A stretch of 64,000 nucleotides of DNA from a virus. Lineage: Duplodnaviria > Caudoviricetes. Positions 32,701 through 42,275 of this stretch are shown here, one piece after another. Where the stretch lies: the IMG/VR virus record IMGVR_UViG_3300031669_005479, positions 128,001-192,000 of that record; one strand, written 5' to 3'. The notes under the pieces are model-generated. The model was not told the origin of the DNA. It saw nothing but the letters and a program-made list of their open reading frames with translations, and made no database searches. Positions within the stretch are counted from its first letter, which is position 1. Each line of letters starts with the position of its first letter. The translations under genes and the position numbers were made by a program.

Positions 32701-34403
32701 TTGAGGGAGATGGTGATATTCTACCTTGGGTTGACAATATTGCAATATTTTTTGATAAGTATGTCAACTCAGTGGCAGCGACAAACAGTAACATAAAATT
32801 TAATAATGGTAGTTTAATTGCTGCAGATTTGCATGACATTAAAAATTATATGTCGGTTAATGATAAGGAATTATTCAAAAAAGAGTTTATTAACTTTTAT
32901 AGCGGTAGTGGTTCATTTAACTATGCAAGTATCTTGGTGCAATTACAGGCAATGTGGAGTGATGCAACATCGCTTGCATCAAATACTTCTTTTAGTGGAA
33001 CCTTAACTGATGCAATTAATGCATATATTAATCCTAAAGCAGATTCAATTGAAAATGGCCCATCTACTTCAACATATTATAGTGAATTGATTAAACCATT
33101 AATTGAAAGAACTAATATTCTGGTTTATAGTCAAATAACATTTAAAATGCCAAGCATTGACAAACCAAAAAATCCTACATATATGTCAGGTGGAACTGGC
33201 TGCTATAAATCAATTGGGACGGGTAATGCAACAAGTAATGCATTTTTCTCGACATTTTTCTTAAAATTGGGTCAAAATATTACTGATAAAAATAAACAAC
33301 TTAAGGATGAGCAGGATGCTCAGGATAAATTAAAGGGTGATATAGATATTTTAACACAAACATACTATTCGTTTAAAAATATTAACGATAAGTGGCTAAC
33401 TGGTCCAACAACAAAAACAAATAATACTGGATATCCATTTAATCGTAAGGGTTCAAAATTAATTGATTCGTTTGCTTTTGTTGATAGGGCAATGAACCCT
33501 ATTGGAGATACAATAATTAATGCCGAACTATTATTACAAATATTTGACGATCCTAATATTTCGGTGTTCAGCGCATTATCACAATTGCTATCATCAAACG
33601 GATTTGAATTTTTTCCATTACAAAATTTTATGAATTTTGGACAAAAAACTGATGGGTCTGATGAAAAGGCATGGGAAGAATCATTTAAAATTGATATGAG
33701 CGGTCTAGTTAAAAGCGATACTGCCTTTGTGTGTATGTATATTGGTGGTGCATCAAGTTATCCGTCAGTATCTAGTAATGGATTTCAAAACGATGGTATA
33801 ATAAATATTGCTGCTCCAGGAGTTGGTGGTTTTTCTACAAATAGTGATGCCATAGAAACACAAGAAACTAATTTTTCTGAATTTCCTTGGAAAGCAGTAC
33901 GTGCGTTTAGAGTTAGATTTGGCGAACAAAATCAGAGCATGTTTACTGACGTTAAGATAGAAAGTAAAGAATATCCAGAAACTAATGAAAGCATTCAAAT
34001 ACTTTCAAGACTTGCTGGGGATAATAAAATAAATGCGCCGACACCTAAAGGTCAAAATTTATATAATTTATATGAAAATAGATCATACAATGCAACAGTC
34101 ACTTCATTTGGAAATGTAATGATTCAACCAACCCAATATTTTCAATTAGAAAATGTGCCAATGTATAATGGTGCATACATTATTTTAAGTGTTGAGCATA
34201 ACATTACACCAAATAAAATGACAACAACATTTAGTGGAACTAAAATGCTTAAATATCCTTCACCACGAGTATTGAGTCCTGTTGCATTTGTGGGTTTTTC
34301 TGATATATCTAACTTAAGTGCTGGTCAATTTACACAGGCAGCATTAACATCAAACATTGATAAAACAAAATTTAATTCAATGTATACATTTAAAATTGAA
34401 TAA
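29781..34403 (+). CDS. Large virion protein (baseplate hub/tail associated), 1540 aa
   Basis: Late motif 29755-63; C-terminal GNVMIQPTQYFQLENVPMYNGAYIILSVEHNI resembles hub/gpD-like C-termini. Confidence 0.55.
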   Translation: MSSQPTNKYSSTVRNGNVILVEPNSININTTNIGNIPFVNGVPEYQDMYIFAELSAESRGRTLIINNNGSSSNGTKVNLMGVNQDSSVGNPDLNKFTTNYYDGSMGTREVLESFGISSIKVTVNSSYVPQVNIQFIDIRGLSFFNQEKSPYRILFDFPPPIFTLTIKGYYGRALRYQLHLVKYTSEFQAHSGNFVIDADFVAMTFAPLSDILFRYIVNVPLIISHAASPNPASPPVNTNDLIIKLRGLYSRIRDKINTQTETKSYDEILNQQKTIANVLDIINGFGNNSRLTQGGAVPYMMVKTVETNANWIIKNSPPTQPDEYAVLQRIKTSSDYDTIIKQQETDGTTTTFVNRLLIGYVAETNLSSSDTGDTKPTFPSYTGNTLHFSDLSDNLNYYAKLLMDNQPTSNRLTVNSADKNIYNGKNISNDGNSRTRYVVIDITDYYNAIYKISDKLEKQRIELGNQINVKVNAITIGELGMLPTIYNVFKIILDDVDDFFSQLRTVSLNAETEHNKSTAKAIILGEDKSVNPKDNYVYSFPLIVRRSDNGSEERIAPVELSKRTAFPELDFVQNFIDTFQQQHALNIQNDLRNQQNADGSFKWIPISPLDSTIGGGTAQSPYIGLDTSGSSDDKITQVYKILLRRYYILSQAIMPDEFGGIDDNGKRSDAFRTLYANAEASNLAEALSASLNTDFLSKMKDESLQYNSATKISKFYNNIKDITDIDAQGNTIKLTNFPNNTVKGFKLNPNDDIISYVDKGNIDFHGVNLNVGLIEIRDKTSDPSESTDPVEKFFSDAQGSWWKTIFIGEPNVYWYDFSLQNVFYIRDGQDEESKKDSTVDGIVLKSIYLASPNVMSTVYYYQDYYKALAKGNNIWESAGAKSSTNLNSSTDITKVWSSFLGDFGSIVYSDIIAPDNSDASKLLSAMYILSNFGNTYGPFNVVGNDLNYNVFSQPAAVEVPTFFPAYIGALVHALEGDGDILPWVDNIAIFFDKYVNSVAATNSNIKFNNGSLIAADLHDIKNYMSVNDKELFKKEFINFYSGSGSFNYASILVQLQAMWSDATSLASNTSFSGTLTDAINAYINPKADSIENGPSTSTYYSELIKPLIERTNILVYSQITFKMPSIDKPKNPTYMSGGTGCYKSIGTGNATSNAFFSTFFLKLGQNITDKNKQLKDEQDAQDKLKGDIDILTQTYYSFKNINDKWLTGPTTKTNNTGYPFNRKGSKLIDSFAFVDRAMNPIGDTIINAELLLQIFDDPNISVFSALSQLLSSNGFEFFPLQNFMNFGQKTDGSDEKAWEESFKIDMSGLVKSDTAFVCMYIGGASSYPSVSSNGFQNDGIINIAAPGVGGFSTNSDAIETQETNFSEFPWKAVRAFRVRFGEQNQSMFTDVKIESKEYPETNESIQILSRLAGDNKINAPTPKGQNLYNLYENRSYNATVTSFGNVMIQPTQYFQLENVPMYNGAYIILSVEHNITPNKMTTTFSGTKMLKYPSPRVLSPVAFVGFSDISNLSAGQFTQAALTSNIDKTKFNSMYTFKIE

Positions 34404-34404
34404 T

Positions 34405-35340
34405 ATGGCATATACTGCAATAACACAAGAAGGCAAAAGTTTTATACTAAACGCTTGTAAAACGCCATCATCACGGGTATCAAAGTTAGGCTATGATGTG
34501 TTTCATGGCAAAAGTCCTGATAGAATAAACGACCCAAAAGATAGTAATTATAATACTGATGGTCATTTACCATATTGTAGTCCACAAATTAGTGGTGATA
34601 AAATTTGGTATTCTAGTCCAAAAGATGATGCAGGAAATTTGATTACAACAACAGATATGTTGGCAGAAAATTTAATTAAATGGTTTGACTTATACGCAAA
34701 TCAATATCAAATTGATGCGAATATTGTTGCAGCACAAGCGTATCAAGAATCTGGATATTTATTATGGAACTATCCATTAACTAGTACTGCATCTGGTATA
34801 AATCAATTTACTGCAGATACAATATTTGGTTTTTTTGGTAATGGTCAGCAATTTAGTTCAGAATTTACCGTAGGTGAAAGAAATTTAATTACTGCAAATT
34901 TATCTGGAAATCTCGGTATTAAAGATACGTTTAGTGTTTCAGCACAACTCGGTAAAGAAAATAGAGCAACATTGCATCAAAATATAATAAATAACCCCAA
35001 AGTGATGATTAAAGCACAATGCATCTACTTAAAATATATTTCAGGTAGATGTGGTGGTTTAGCAAGTAGTACGTTGTTTGGATATAGTAGAGGCCCAGGT
35101 CTTGCTAAATCATCCTACACAAAAAGTATACAGGCAGCCTCAACATCCAAATATGGTGCTAATTATTATTTAGAGGGTGTTAACTATGTGTATGGAATAT
35201 TTAATTTTCTTGGAAATCCTAAGTATAGTAAATTAGGATATTTTGGATACGATAAAGAACCACACGATCTTAAACTAAATCAGCCATATGACACATATGC
35301 TGCAGAGGTTGAAGAAGGAAAACACATACTATCAAACTAA
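34405..35340 (+). CDS. Lytic transglycosylase (SLT/GH23-like)
   Basis: ANIVAAQAYQESG and ASGINQF motifs; start moved to MAYTA at 34405. Confidence 0.65.
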   Translation: MAYTAITQEGKSFILNACKTPSSRVSKLGYDVFHGKSPDRINDPKDSNYNTDGHLPYCSPQISGDKIWYSSPKDDAGNLITTTDMLAENLIKWFDLYANQYQIDANIVAAQAYQESGYLLWNYPLTSTASGINQFTADTIFGFFGNGQQFSSEFTVGERNLITANLSGNLGIKDTFSVSAQLGKENRATLHQNIINNPKVMIKAQCIYLKYISGRCGGLASSTLFGYSRGPGLAKSSYTKSIQAASTSKYGANYYLEGVNYVYGIFNFLGNPKYSKLGYFGYDKEPHDLKLNQPYDTYAAEVEEGKHILSN

Positions 35341-36119
35341 AGTAATTCCCTTTTTAGTTCATGTAAATTGATAATGTTGTCTTCAACATTATCAATTTTA
35401 TATGCCATTTCCTTAATTTTCTGTATTGCAATTGCAACTTTATCTTTTGTATTTTCTTTGTTTATATTCTCTAGTATAGAGATTGTTTCAGATTTATATG
35501 ATTCAAGTAATGATTTTTTTTCTTCGTTGCTTGACTTAATGAGAATTTTTAATAGGTTCTTATCGTCCTCATTTAACATATCATATTTTTCATTAAATTT
35601 ATCTACAGCAATTTCTATAACATCTTCATTTATGTCGTTAATATTAATGTCTTCAAGCATTACGCCTCGCTTTGGTTGTTTAATATGATTTAGAACAACT
35701 TCAAATGACTCATGAATACTATCCACATCAATTTCGTCATAATTTGTAAGTGATTCCATAATCAGATCATCGATTGCATTATATAGTTTCACCTTATTCT
35801 CATCGAGAGAAATATTGTTTTCTGAAATTATTGATGCAACTCTTTTACGTTCTTCAATAATCTCATCTATTGTATATACTTCAAATAGTTTAATGTTATT
35901 ATCAATATAACGAGTAGCAGCCAAATCGTTTTCAATATGCTTATTTTCCATATTATTAAACACTTTGAATTCCAATTGAAGTATTGGGGAATTTTTTATA
36001 ATATCAAAAAAATTAAATGCTAATTTCTTGGATTCTTCTAGCAGTGCATCATTAAAATATGATTCCTTTAATCTATTGGAAATTATCAAATTAACAATTC
36101 CTATATTAGTGTTTTTCAT
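35337..36119 (-). CDS. Hypothetical acidic late protein next to portal
   Basis: Intact ORF, late motif at about 36138-47. Confidence 0.55.
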   Translation of the reverse strand: MKNTNIGIVNLIISNRLKESYFNDALLEESKKLAFNFFDIIKNSPILQLEFKVFNNMENKHIENDLAATRYIDNNIKLFEVYTIDEIIEERKRVASIISENNISLDENKVKLYNAIDDLIMESLTNYDEIDVDSIHESFEVVLNHIKQPKRGVMLEDININDINEDVIEIAVDKFNEKYDMLNEDDKNLLKILIKSSNEEKKSLLESYKSETISILENINKENTKDKVAIAIQKIKEMAYKIDNVEDNIINLHELKRELL

Positions 36120-36200
36120 ATGGTATGTTTCGATTTAATATAAATACTATAATTAGTTATAAATGTTATCTTAATGTCATATTAATGTGCAATATATTAA

Positions 36201-39200
36201 CTATTCGTTTAACTCGAAGTTCTCAATATTCTCAATATCAATATCTTCTGACTCATCAATTTTTTGCAACATGTTGATACTTTTGTTGTTTTCTAAAAAA
36301 CCACTAATTTCATTAATCATATCAAGTGCTTTATTGTTTAGTGAATCATTAATTTCAGTATTTTCTCGAATTATTTCTTTATGTCGAATTTCATTTTTTA
36401 CGTCAGATTCGTTACTGCTGCCATAAACTAATTGTTCCACATGTTGATTATATTCTTCAGCAGTTAACCTACGATTATTTTCCATCATTGGTTCACCACC
36501 AACGCCTCCAATAGGGGCATTTGTAGTGGTTGGACCACCCATTGGAGTACCTGCTCCACCAGTGGGTGCAGCACCTGCTTCGGGTGGCATTCCAGTTGCT
36601 GGAGTACCAGTTGCAGCACCTGCTTCAGGTGGCATTCCAGTTGCTTCGGTTCCACCACTAGATGGCATGTTGTTTGTAGGTTCACCAAATTTTTTATCGA
36701 TATCAGCAAATAATCCAGATTTTTTTATTGTGACTGGAGCATCTGCAAGTTCTTGCATAACAACCTTTTCCATTTTTTGTTGTTTCAAGTCTTCAACAAT
36801 TTCCCTATCTGACATATTGAATATCATGCGTTTTGCTGAAGTATGTGACATTGCAGCAATACCACCATCATTACGTGTTAATTCGGCATATGTTTGTGCC
36901 TTATCTCGCATTAATTCTGATTTCAATAATTCTGCTTGTGTACTTGGATTCGTAAGTGTTAGCGTAAAACTATTAAGGTCTTCAGTATTATAGCCTAGCA
37001 AAAATAGGTGAACCATTGCCATTTTATTTAATTCCTGAATTATTGCCTGTTGAATACGATTAATTTTTTTTGCAAATCTTATGTCGTATTGTGCCATATT
37101 TTTACCAGCACCTGCAGCATCTTGAAAACTTAAAAATGGTTTAGGGATACCTAATCCAATAAATAAATTATCTCTAAGATATTCAATATCTTGAATTGCA
37201 TCCAAATTTGAATTATATGTAAAAATACCATTTGTTAATGCAAACGTGTGATGATTATGTAATTTTTCTTGTCCATCAATAGTAATTGTACCCGTATCTT
37301 GTTTTTCTGTTAAATGTTCAATAGACACAATCTTATGATTATAACAAGGAACTTTGTGTTTAAAGTCGTTCCAATTAGTATATCCAAAATGTTTTAATAA
37401 TTTATCAATATTATTTCGAGTAATTTCAGTCATTTTATTCAACTGTTTATTATTCGGATTTAATATGTTAAATTCATTTAGCCATTCAGAATTATCAGTA
37501 TTTATTTTCTTTTCAAGAATTAAATCAATTCTGCCCAACTCATTATAATAATCAACAATTAAATCAAGTAGTTTTTCAGAATATTTAATTGATTGTTTTT
37601 CTTTAATAATGTTTCCCAAATTAGTATTTTTCCATTGTAATTTAGTGTTATTTGAATATCTTAACTTATTTTCTGGTTTATTTTTTGTTTCAGCAGATTT
37701 TAATCTAATATTTTCAATAATTACGTTTTTATTTGGATTATTACTAAAAGTATTTGCTGATTTAGTTCTTGATTTTAATGAATTATTAATGGCCGTTTTT
37801 CTTTTTATTGTAAGATTTTCAACTGAAATATTATTCCAATATGTGTTAAGTCCCAGTTTTCTTAAATTTTTATGTAGAATTTTTGTATCATTATCATATA
37901 AATCATACATTTCTTTAGCAGTATTATTATGATAATAAAAATGATCCTTAGAATTCATAAAACATAAATTTTCTGGATTATTATTATGTCTATTATAATC
38001 TTTATGATGAATTGTTTGTAAATTATCTGTATTAATTTTATGTATTAAAATTTCATGTTTATTTTTTTCTTTCATATAATTGGCAACTACTCGATGCGTA
38101 TATAACCAATCATTTATTGAATGATCATAAACCATTTCATAAGTATTTCTCACGCCAGAACCACCCTTTATAATATTTTCTTTTTTATTAAACGACCACA
38201 TGGATTCACCAACTAACAAATCTTTAGCTTCCTTTTTACCGTTAAATTTTGTTGGGAATTTATGGTCAGGAGTACAAATAATTGATTTTCCACTATCTAA
38301 TGTAATTTTAATAACATCGGTATTTTTTCTTGTAATACCTGCCCACGTAATTTTACCTGGAACAATTGATCCAGTATTTGGATTAATAGAATATGTCCAA
38401 AGTTCTTTTCCATTATTAAATTCATTAATTATTTCATTTAATTCTAAACTTCTACCATTAAGTAAATCAATCTTAGTATCTAAAGCTAAACATGCACCAG
38501 GTAGAGTATCAATTCCAGTTTGCGTATTTGCATTTCTTACTGGAAGAAAATAGTCTTCATCATTTCCAAGTATATTAAAACGATAGTCAATTTGGCCATC
38601 ATTTGGATTTATTTGTGCAGTTTTTTTAAATTTTGTCGCTACCTTATAGATATATTCTTCAATATCGTCTTCATCAATATTTCCTACGTCAATTTTAAAT
38701 ACCTTCTTTTCACCTGCTCTAATTATACGATAGGTTAACATGGCATCTTCTGCCATTACTAATTGGCGAAATACTCTTCGTACCTTATTTAAAACCGAAC
38801 TACCGTATGGAAGATACTTATCGTCACCAAGTAGTCTAAAATGGGCAATTTCAAATACATTAAATTCGTCACCCGTCATCCTTTCTTTAAATTTAACTAC
38901 TGGTTTACCGTTTTGAATTCTTTCATATCTTTCGATTTCATAATTAACCAATTGTTTTACGTGTGTTATACCCTTTTTACGCTCACCGTATAGTAAGACA
39001 AAATTATCACCATACTTTACAGTATTTCTTACCCAAAATGGTAGATTAACATTAACATTTACAATATCATAAAAAAATTCTTCTAGCAACAACTTTATTC
39101 GTTCCTTGTTAGAATAAATATTTAACATTTTGCCATTCAATCCAATTGTTGTTGCCTCTTCCATAAATAAATCCAATGCACTTGAAATGATTGGATAATA

Positions 39201-39503
39201 TTCCATTCCTTCATAATCAATATATGCTGGAAGCCTTGCTGCTTCATACTGTAATGCCTTTTGAAATCCCCTATCTGTTGTTCTAAAAAACTTGCTTTCT
39301 AGTTCACGTTTCTGTTCTAACTCTAAACCCTTCCTATGTATTTCTTCTGGACTATTACCCTTAATTATAATCTTTGCTTTTTCTTGTGTTGTTGTTGATT
39401 GTGAAACCAATGGTTGTGCATCCTGAAAACCAAACCCATCAAGATTTAGCATTTTATTTAATTGCTGATATATTGTCCCGTTTTTTTGTTCTTCGTTAGC
39501 CAT
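36201..39503 (-). CDS. gp20: Portal protein (T4 gp20-like) with intein
   Basis: AEDAMLTYRIIRAGEKKVFKIDVGN, EDYFLPVR, IDTLPGA|SNL, DIEYLRDNLFIGLGIPKPFL, DIRFAKKI. Confidence 0.93.
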   Translation of the reverse strand: MANEEQKNGTIYQQLNKMLNLDGFGFQDAQPLVSQSTTTQEKAKIIIKGNSPEEIHRKGLELEQKRELESKFFRTTDRGFQKALQYEAARLPAYIDYEGMEYYPIISSALDLFMEEATTIGLNGKMLNIYSNKERIKLLLEEFFYDIVNVNVNLPFWVRNTVKYGDNFVLLYGERKKGITHVKQLVNYEIERYERIQNGKPVVKFKERMTGDEFNVFEIAHFRLLGDDKYLPYGSSVLNKVRRVFRQLVMAEDAMLTYRIIRAGEKKVFKIDVGNIDEDDIEEYIYKVATKFKKTAQINPNDGQIDYRFNILGNDEDYFLPVRNANTQTGIDTLPGACLALDTKIDLLNGRSLELNEIINEFNNGKELWTYSINPNTGSIVPGKITWAGITRKNTDVIKITLDSGKSIICTPDHKFPTKFNGKKEAKDLLVGESMWSFNKKENIIKGGSGVRNTYEMVYDHSINDWLYTHRVVANYMKEKNKHEILIHKINTDNLQTIHHKDYNRHNNNPENLCFMNSKDHFYYHNNTAKEMYDLYDNDTKILHKNLRKLGLNTYWNNISVENLTIKRKTAINNSLKSRTKSANTFSNNPNKNVIIENIRLKSAETKNKPENKLRYSNNTKLQWKNTNLGNIIKEKQSIKYSEKLLDLIVDYYNELGRIDLILEKKINTDNSEWLNEFNILNPNNKQLNKMTEITRNNIDKLLKHFGYTNWNDFKHKVPCYNHKIVSIEHLTEKQDTGTITIDGQEKLHNHHTFALTNGIFTYNSNLDAIQDIEYLRDNLFIGLGIPKPFLSFQDAAGAGKNMAQYDIRFAKKINRIQQAIIQELNKMAMVHLFLLGYNTEDLNSFTLTLTNPSTQAELLKSELMRDKAQTYAELTRNDGGIAAMSHTSAKRMIFNMSDREIVEDLKQQKMEKVVMQELADAPVTIKKSGLFADIDKKFGEPTNNMPSSGGTEATGMPPEAGAATGTPATGMPPEAGAAPTGGAGTPMGGPTTTNAPIGGVGGEPMMENNRRLTAEEYNQHVEQLVYGSSNESDVKNEIRHKEIIRENTEINDSLNNKALDMINEISGFLENNKSINMLQKIDESEDIDIENIENFELNE
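37212..38492 (-). mobile_element. Intein (427 aa) with HNH endonuclease in portal
   Basis: Begins CLALDTKI, ends HTFALTNGIFTYN, +1 Ser; internal THRVVA...IHHKDYNRHNNNPENL. Confidence 0.88.
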
Positions 39504-39526
39504 TTTTATAATTTTTTATATTTTTT

Positions 39527-39536
39527 TATAAATACT
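39527..39536 (-). promoter_or_regulatory. Late-gene motif AGTATTTATA (example upstream of portal)
   Basis: The same motif lies on the sense strand upstream of about 20 structural/late genes (e.g. 2251, 2465, 5415, 18188, 27551, 29755, 41643, 46598). Confidence 0.7.
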
Positions 39537-39580
39537 ATTAATTTTTTGAAAAGTCTGTTAGATATAAATACAAATCAAAT

Positions 39581-41626
39581 CTACTTTCTTTCTTTTATCC
39601 CATTAAACAACCATGCATTTACTCCGTATGGATTTAATGGCGATACGCTGTTGGGTGAAATCATTGGTCTATTATTTACATCATGTTTTTTTCCTATTTC
39701 ACCAATATCATTATTTGTTATGATTGCATTAAGCATTTTTTCTGTAATTCCCTTACTTTGCTTATATCTTGCCATATCAAAATTTAATACGTATAGGCCA
39801 ATTGATAGTCCCATAATACTATCATCGTGAAAACTACGTTTATGGTCTGCAACACGATTACCTGCTACAGTTACAAATGTTTTCAATTCATTTAATAACC
39901 TTATTGATCTAATAATAACATCCTCTAAATGAATTGCTCTTTGCATTTCTAATACAACTGACGGTCGATTGTTGCCAATAAAAAATCCAGGAATTAAGTC
40001 TACATTTAATACTGCGCCATCTGGCATAATTTTTTGTCCTTTTTTTATGTAGCCTTGTAATCTATCACGACTTGGCTTATGAGTAACTTCTGCATAGTGA
40101 ACATTTTCGTATCCGACTTCAAGTAATTTTTCAACAGTTTGTACACCATATCCACCTGTGATATCTACAACACCATATGCATTGTTATATCTTTTACCAA
40201 ATTGATATGCAATTTCAGCAAGCATTTGGGGAGTTACCTTACCATAATATTCTGCAACTTGTTCAACTTTATGTCTCTTAATTTTAATTTTCTTGGTTTT
40301 ATCACCCTTTTTTATTATTTTTTCCTCAATAATTTCAACGGTTTTTAACATATTAAGTGTTGAATTGTCTTCACCGTGACCAGGGGATGCATCCAATGCC
40401 ATTATATAGTCTTCTCCAGCAATAGGGTCTTCCCAAATCCACATGCCATTGTCAGTATATTCTTGACGTATTGGTGTCAATATTTCATTTTCTTCGATAC
40501 GTTTAAGATATTCTTCTGCAATAAAATTGTCACCTGAACCTAAAAATGAACATAGTAATTCTTGAGCAATTTTACGCATATCACCATTGGCATTACGAAC
40601 CTGCTCTTCAAACCACGGAGAACTGGCTTCCCAGCCATCATCCATTAATTGAATTCTTTTCTCGCTATCCCAATTTTCATCAACAATTCTTATTTCGTTC
40701 TGCTTACCTTTATTTTTTAACCAAACCAATTCTTTATTATAGCGTGGGTCATTATACCACCATAGTTCAACCGCTTTAAAGTTATTTGTTTGGTTTCTTG
40801 CACCTTGGAATGTTTTATAGAATACTGCATCGAGACCAGATGGTGTACTTACCATAATTGCAGCACCACCTGTTTGTAATGTGGGTTGTGCAGAAGTCCA
40901 GAATTTGTCACCTTTCTCTGCCCATGCAGTTTCATCCCAAAATAGTAGTGTAGGTGTCATACCACGCAAACTCTTTGATGCAAATGCACCTAATTTTGAA
41001 TCGTTATCATAGTATTTTAATTTTTGGGTGTCTTTTAAATTTTTTTCTGTATCTCTACCCGTTTTGGGTTTAAGCCATGTTGGACAGTTTTCAATAAAAT
41101 CAACAACATCGCTCATCAATTCATCACGTGCTGTTTCAAGTTTATCTGCAACAATTGCTACCTGTCTATTTCTATTAAACATAACGTACCAAGCAATGTA
41201 GGCACATGTCGTTGTGGAAATACCTGCTTGACGATACTTGTTTGCAACAACAAATCGATTTCCGAGATATGCCCTAATTAATTCTTTTTGATATTCAAAT
41301 AGTTTAAATGATACAATTAAACCCGATTTACCTTGCGTTTGATCAAAAATTGTTAAATATGTTTCAATAAAATAAATTGGATTTGATGCACAACGTATAA
41401 TTTCATCTTCTTGCTCTTCGTAATTTAGTTCACTTGCTCTTTTAACCCCATTCGATTTTGTAATAATAATGGCTTCAACACTACCAGATTTTTTACGTAA
41501 CTCTTTTGCTAATTTTCTTTGTTCTTCCTTTTCTCTTTCTTTTTGCACATCAAATGGAACCACAGGAACGTGATCTGGAAATATTTCTTCTTCCTTATCA
41601 TTTATTTTGTTAATATCTTCGGACAT
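39581..41626 (-). CDS. gp17: Terminase large subunit (T4 gp17-like)
   Basis: NPIYFIETY, KYRQAGISTT Walker A, LLFWDETAW Walker B, STPSG, QELLCSFLGSG, HDDSIM. Confidence 0.93.
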   Translation of the reverse strand: MSEDINKINDKEEEIFPDHVPVVPFDVQKEREKEEQRKLAKELRKKSGSVEAIIITKSNGVKRASELNYEEQEDEIIRCASNPIYFIETYLTIFDQTQGKSGLIVSFKLFEYQKELIRAYLGNRFVVANKYRQAGISTTTCAYIAWYVMFNRNRQVAIVADKLETARDELMSDVVDFIENCPTWLKPKTGRDTEKNLKDTQKLKYYDNDSKLGAFASKSLRGMTPTLLFWDETAWAEKGDKFWTSAQPTLQTGGAAIMVSTPSGLDAVFYKTFQGARNQTNNFKAVELWWYNDPRYNKELVWLKNKGKQNEIRIVDENWDSEKRIQLMDDGWEASSPWFEEQVRNANGDMRKIAQELLCSFLGSGDNFIAEEYLKRIEENEILTPIRQEYTDNGMWIWEDPIAGEDYIMALDASPGHGEDNSTLNMLKTVEIIEEKIIKKGDKTKKIKIKRHKVEQVAEYYGKVTPQMLAEIAYQFGKRYNNAYGVVDITGGYGVQTVEKLLEVGYENVHYAEVTHKPSRDRLQGYIKKGQKIMPDGAVLNVDLIPGFFIGNNRPSVVLEMQRAIHLEDVIIRSIRLLNELKTFVTVAGNRVADHKRSFHDDSIMGLSIGLYVLNFDMARYKQSKGITEKMLNAIITNNDIGEIGKKHDVNNRPMISPNSVSPLNPYGVNAWLFNGIKERK

Positions 41627-41720
41627 TTATAAATATTTATAAATAAATACTATTCCATACAAAAAATAATAATGCACGTATAAAACTATACGTGCATTAT
41701 TGTATATTGTATTGGTAGTA

Positions 41721-42206
41721 TTAAAATTTTATTGATGATGTTTCAACAAATTCATTGTTTTTTAGAATAATCTTTCTGGTATTTAACATGTCCATAACCT
41801 TTGTTAATGTCATACCGTAATGAAACACTAATAATGGAATATCGTCATTTTCACTCTCAAACATTTTTTCATAATCACCAAAACCACCATTTTCATTTGA
41901 TTGTTTTTCTGTCTCATATGCCAAGCAATGTATTGTATGATACCCGTGCATATATTCTCTATCAACGGATTCGTGTAAACAAAATAAATCAAATGAACTT
42001 GTTTTTAGATTATATGTCGCATCAATGTAGTCTTCACTTGGTGGAAGTGCATTATCACAAGCAGGAGAAATGTCCCACATCCAACCTTCAACATCAATAT
42101 TTGTTGAGTCTAACGAAAAAATGAATTCGTATAGTCCATCACCCTTTGCATTATAGCCAATTTTATTAATGTATATTAATTTTAATTTATCTTCATCATT
42201 TTTCAT
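41721..42206 (-). CDS. Hypothetical protein
   Basis: Intact ORF with late motif upstream. Confidence 0.55.
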   Translation of the reverse strand: MKNDEDKLKLIYINKIGYNAKGDGLYEFIFSLDSTNIDVEGWMWDISPACDNALPPSEDYIDATYNLKTSSFDLFCLHESVDREYMHGYHTIHCLAYETEKQSNENGGFGDYEKMFESENDDIPLLVFHYGMTLTKVMDMLNTRKIILKNNEFVETSSIKF

Positions 42207-42240
42207 ATGAATATGATTTTACAATAAATACTGTAAAAAT

Positions 42241-42266
42241 AAAAACCCGAATTTCTTCGGGTTTTT
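42241..42266 (-). terminator. Intrinsic terminator
   Basis: AAAAACCCGAA-tttc-TTCGGGTTTTT. Confidence 0.75.
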
Positions 42267-42275
42267 ATTTAATTA

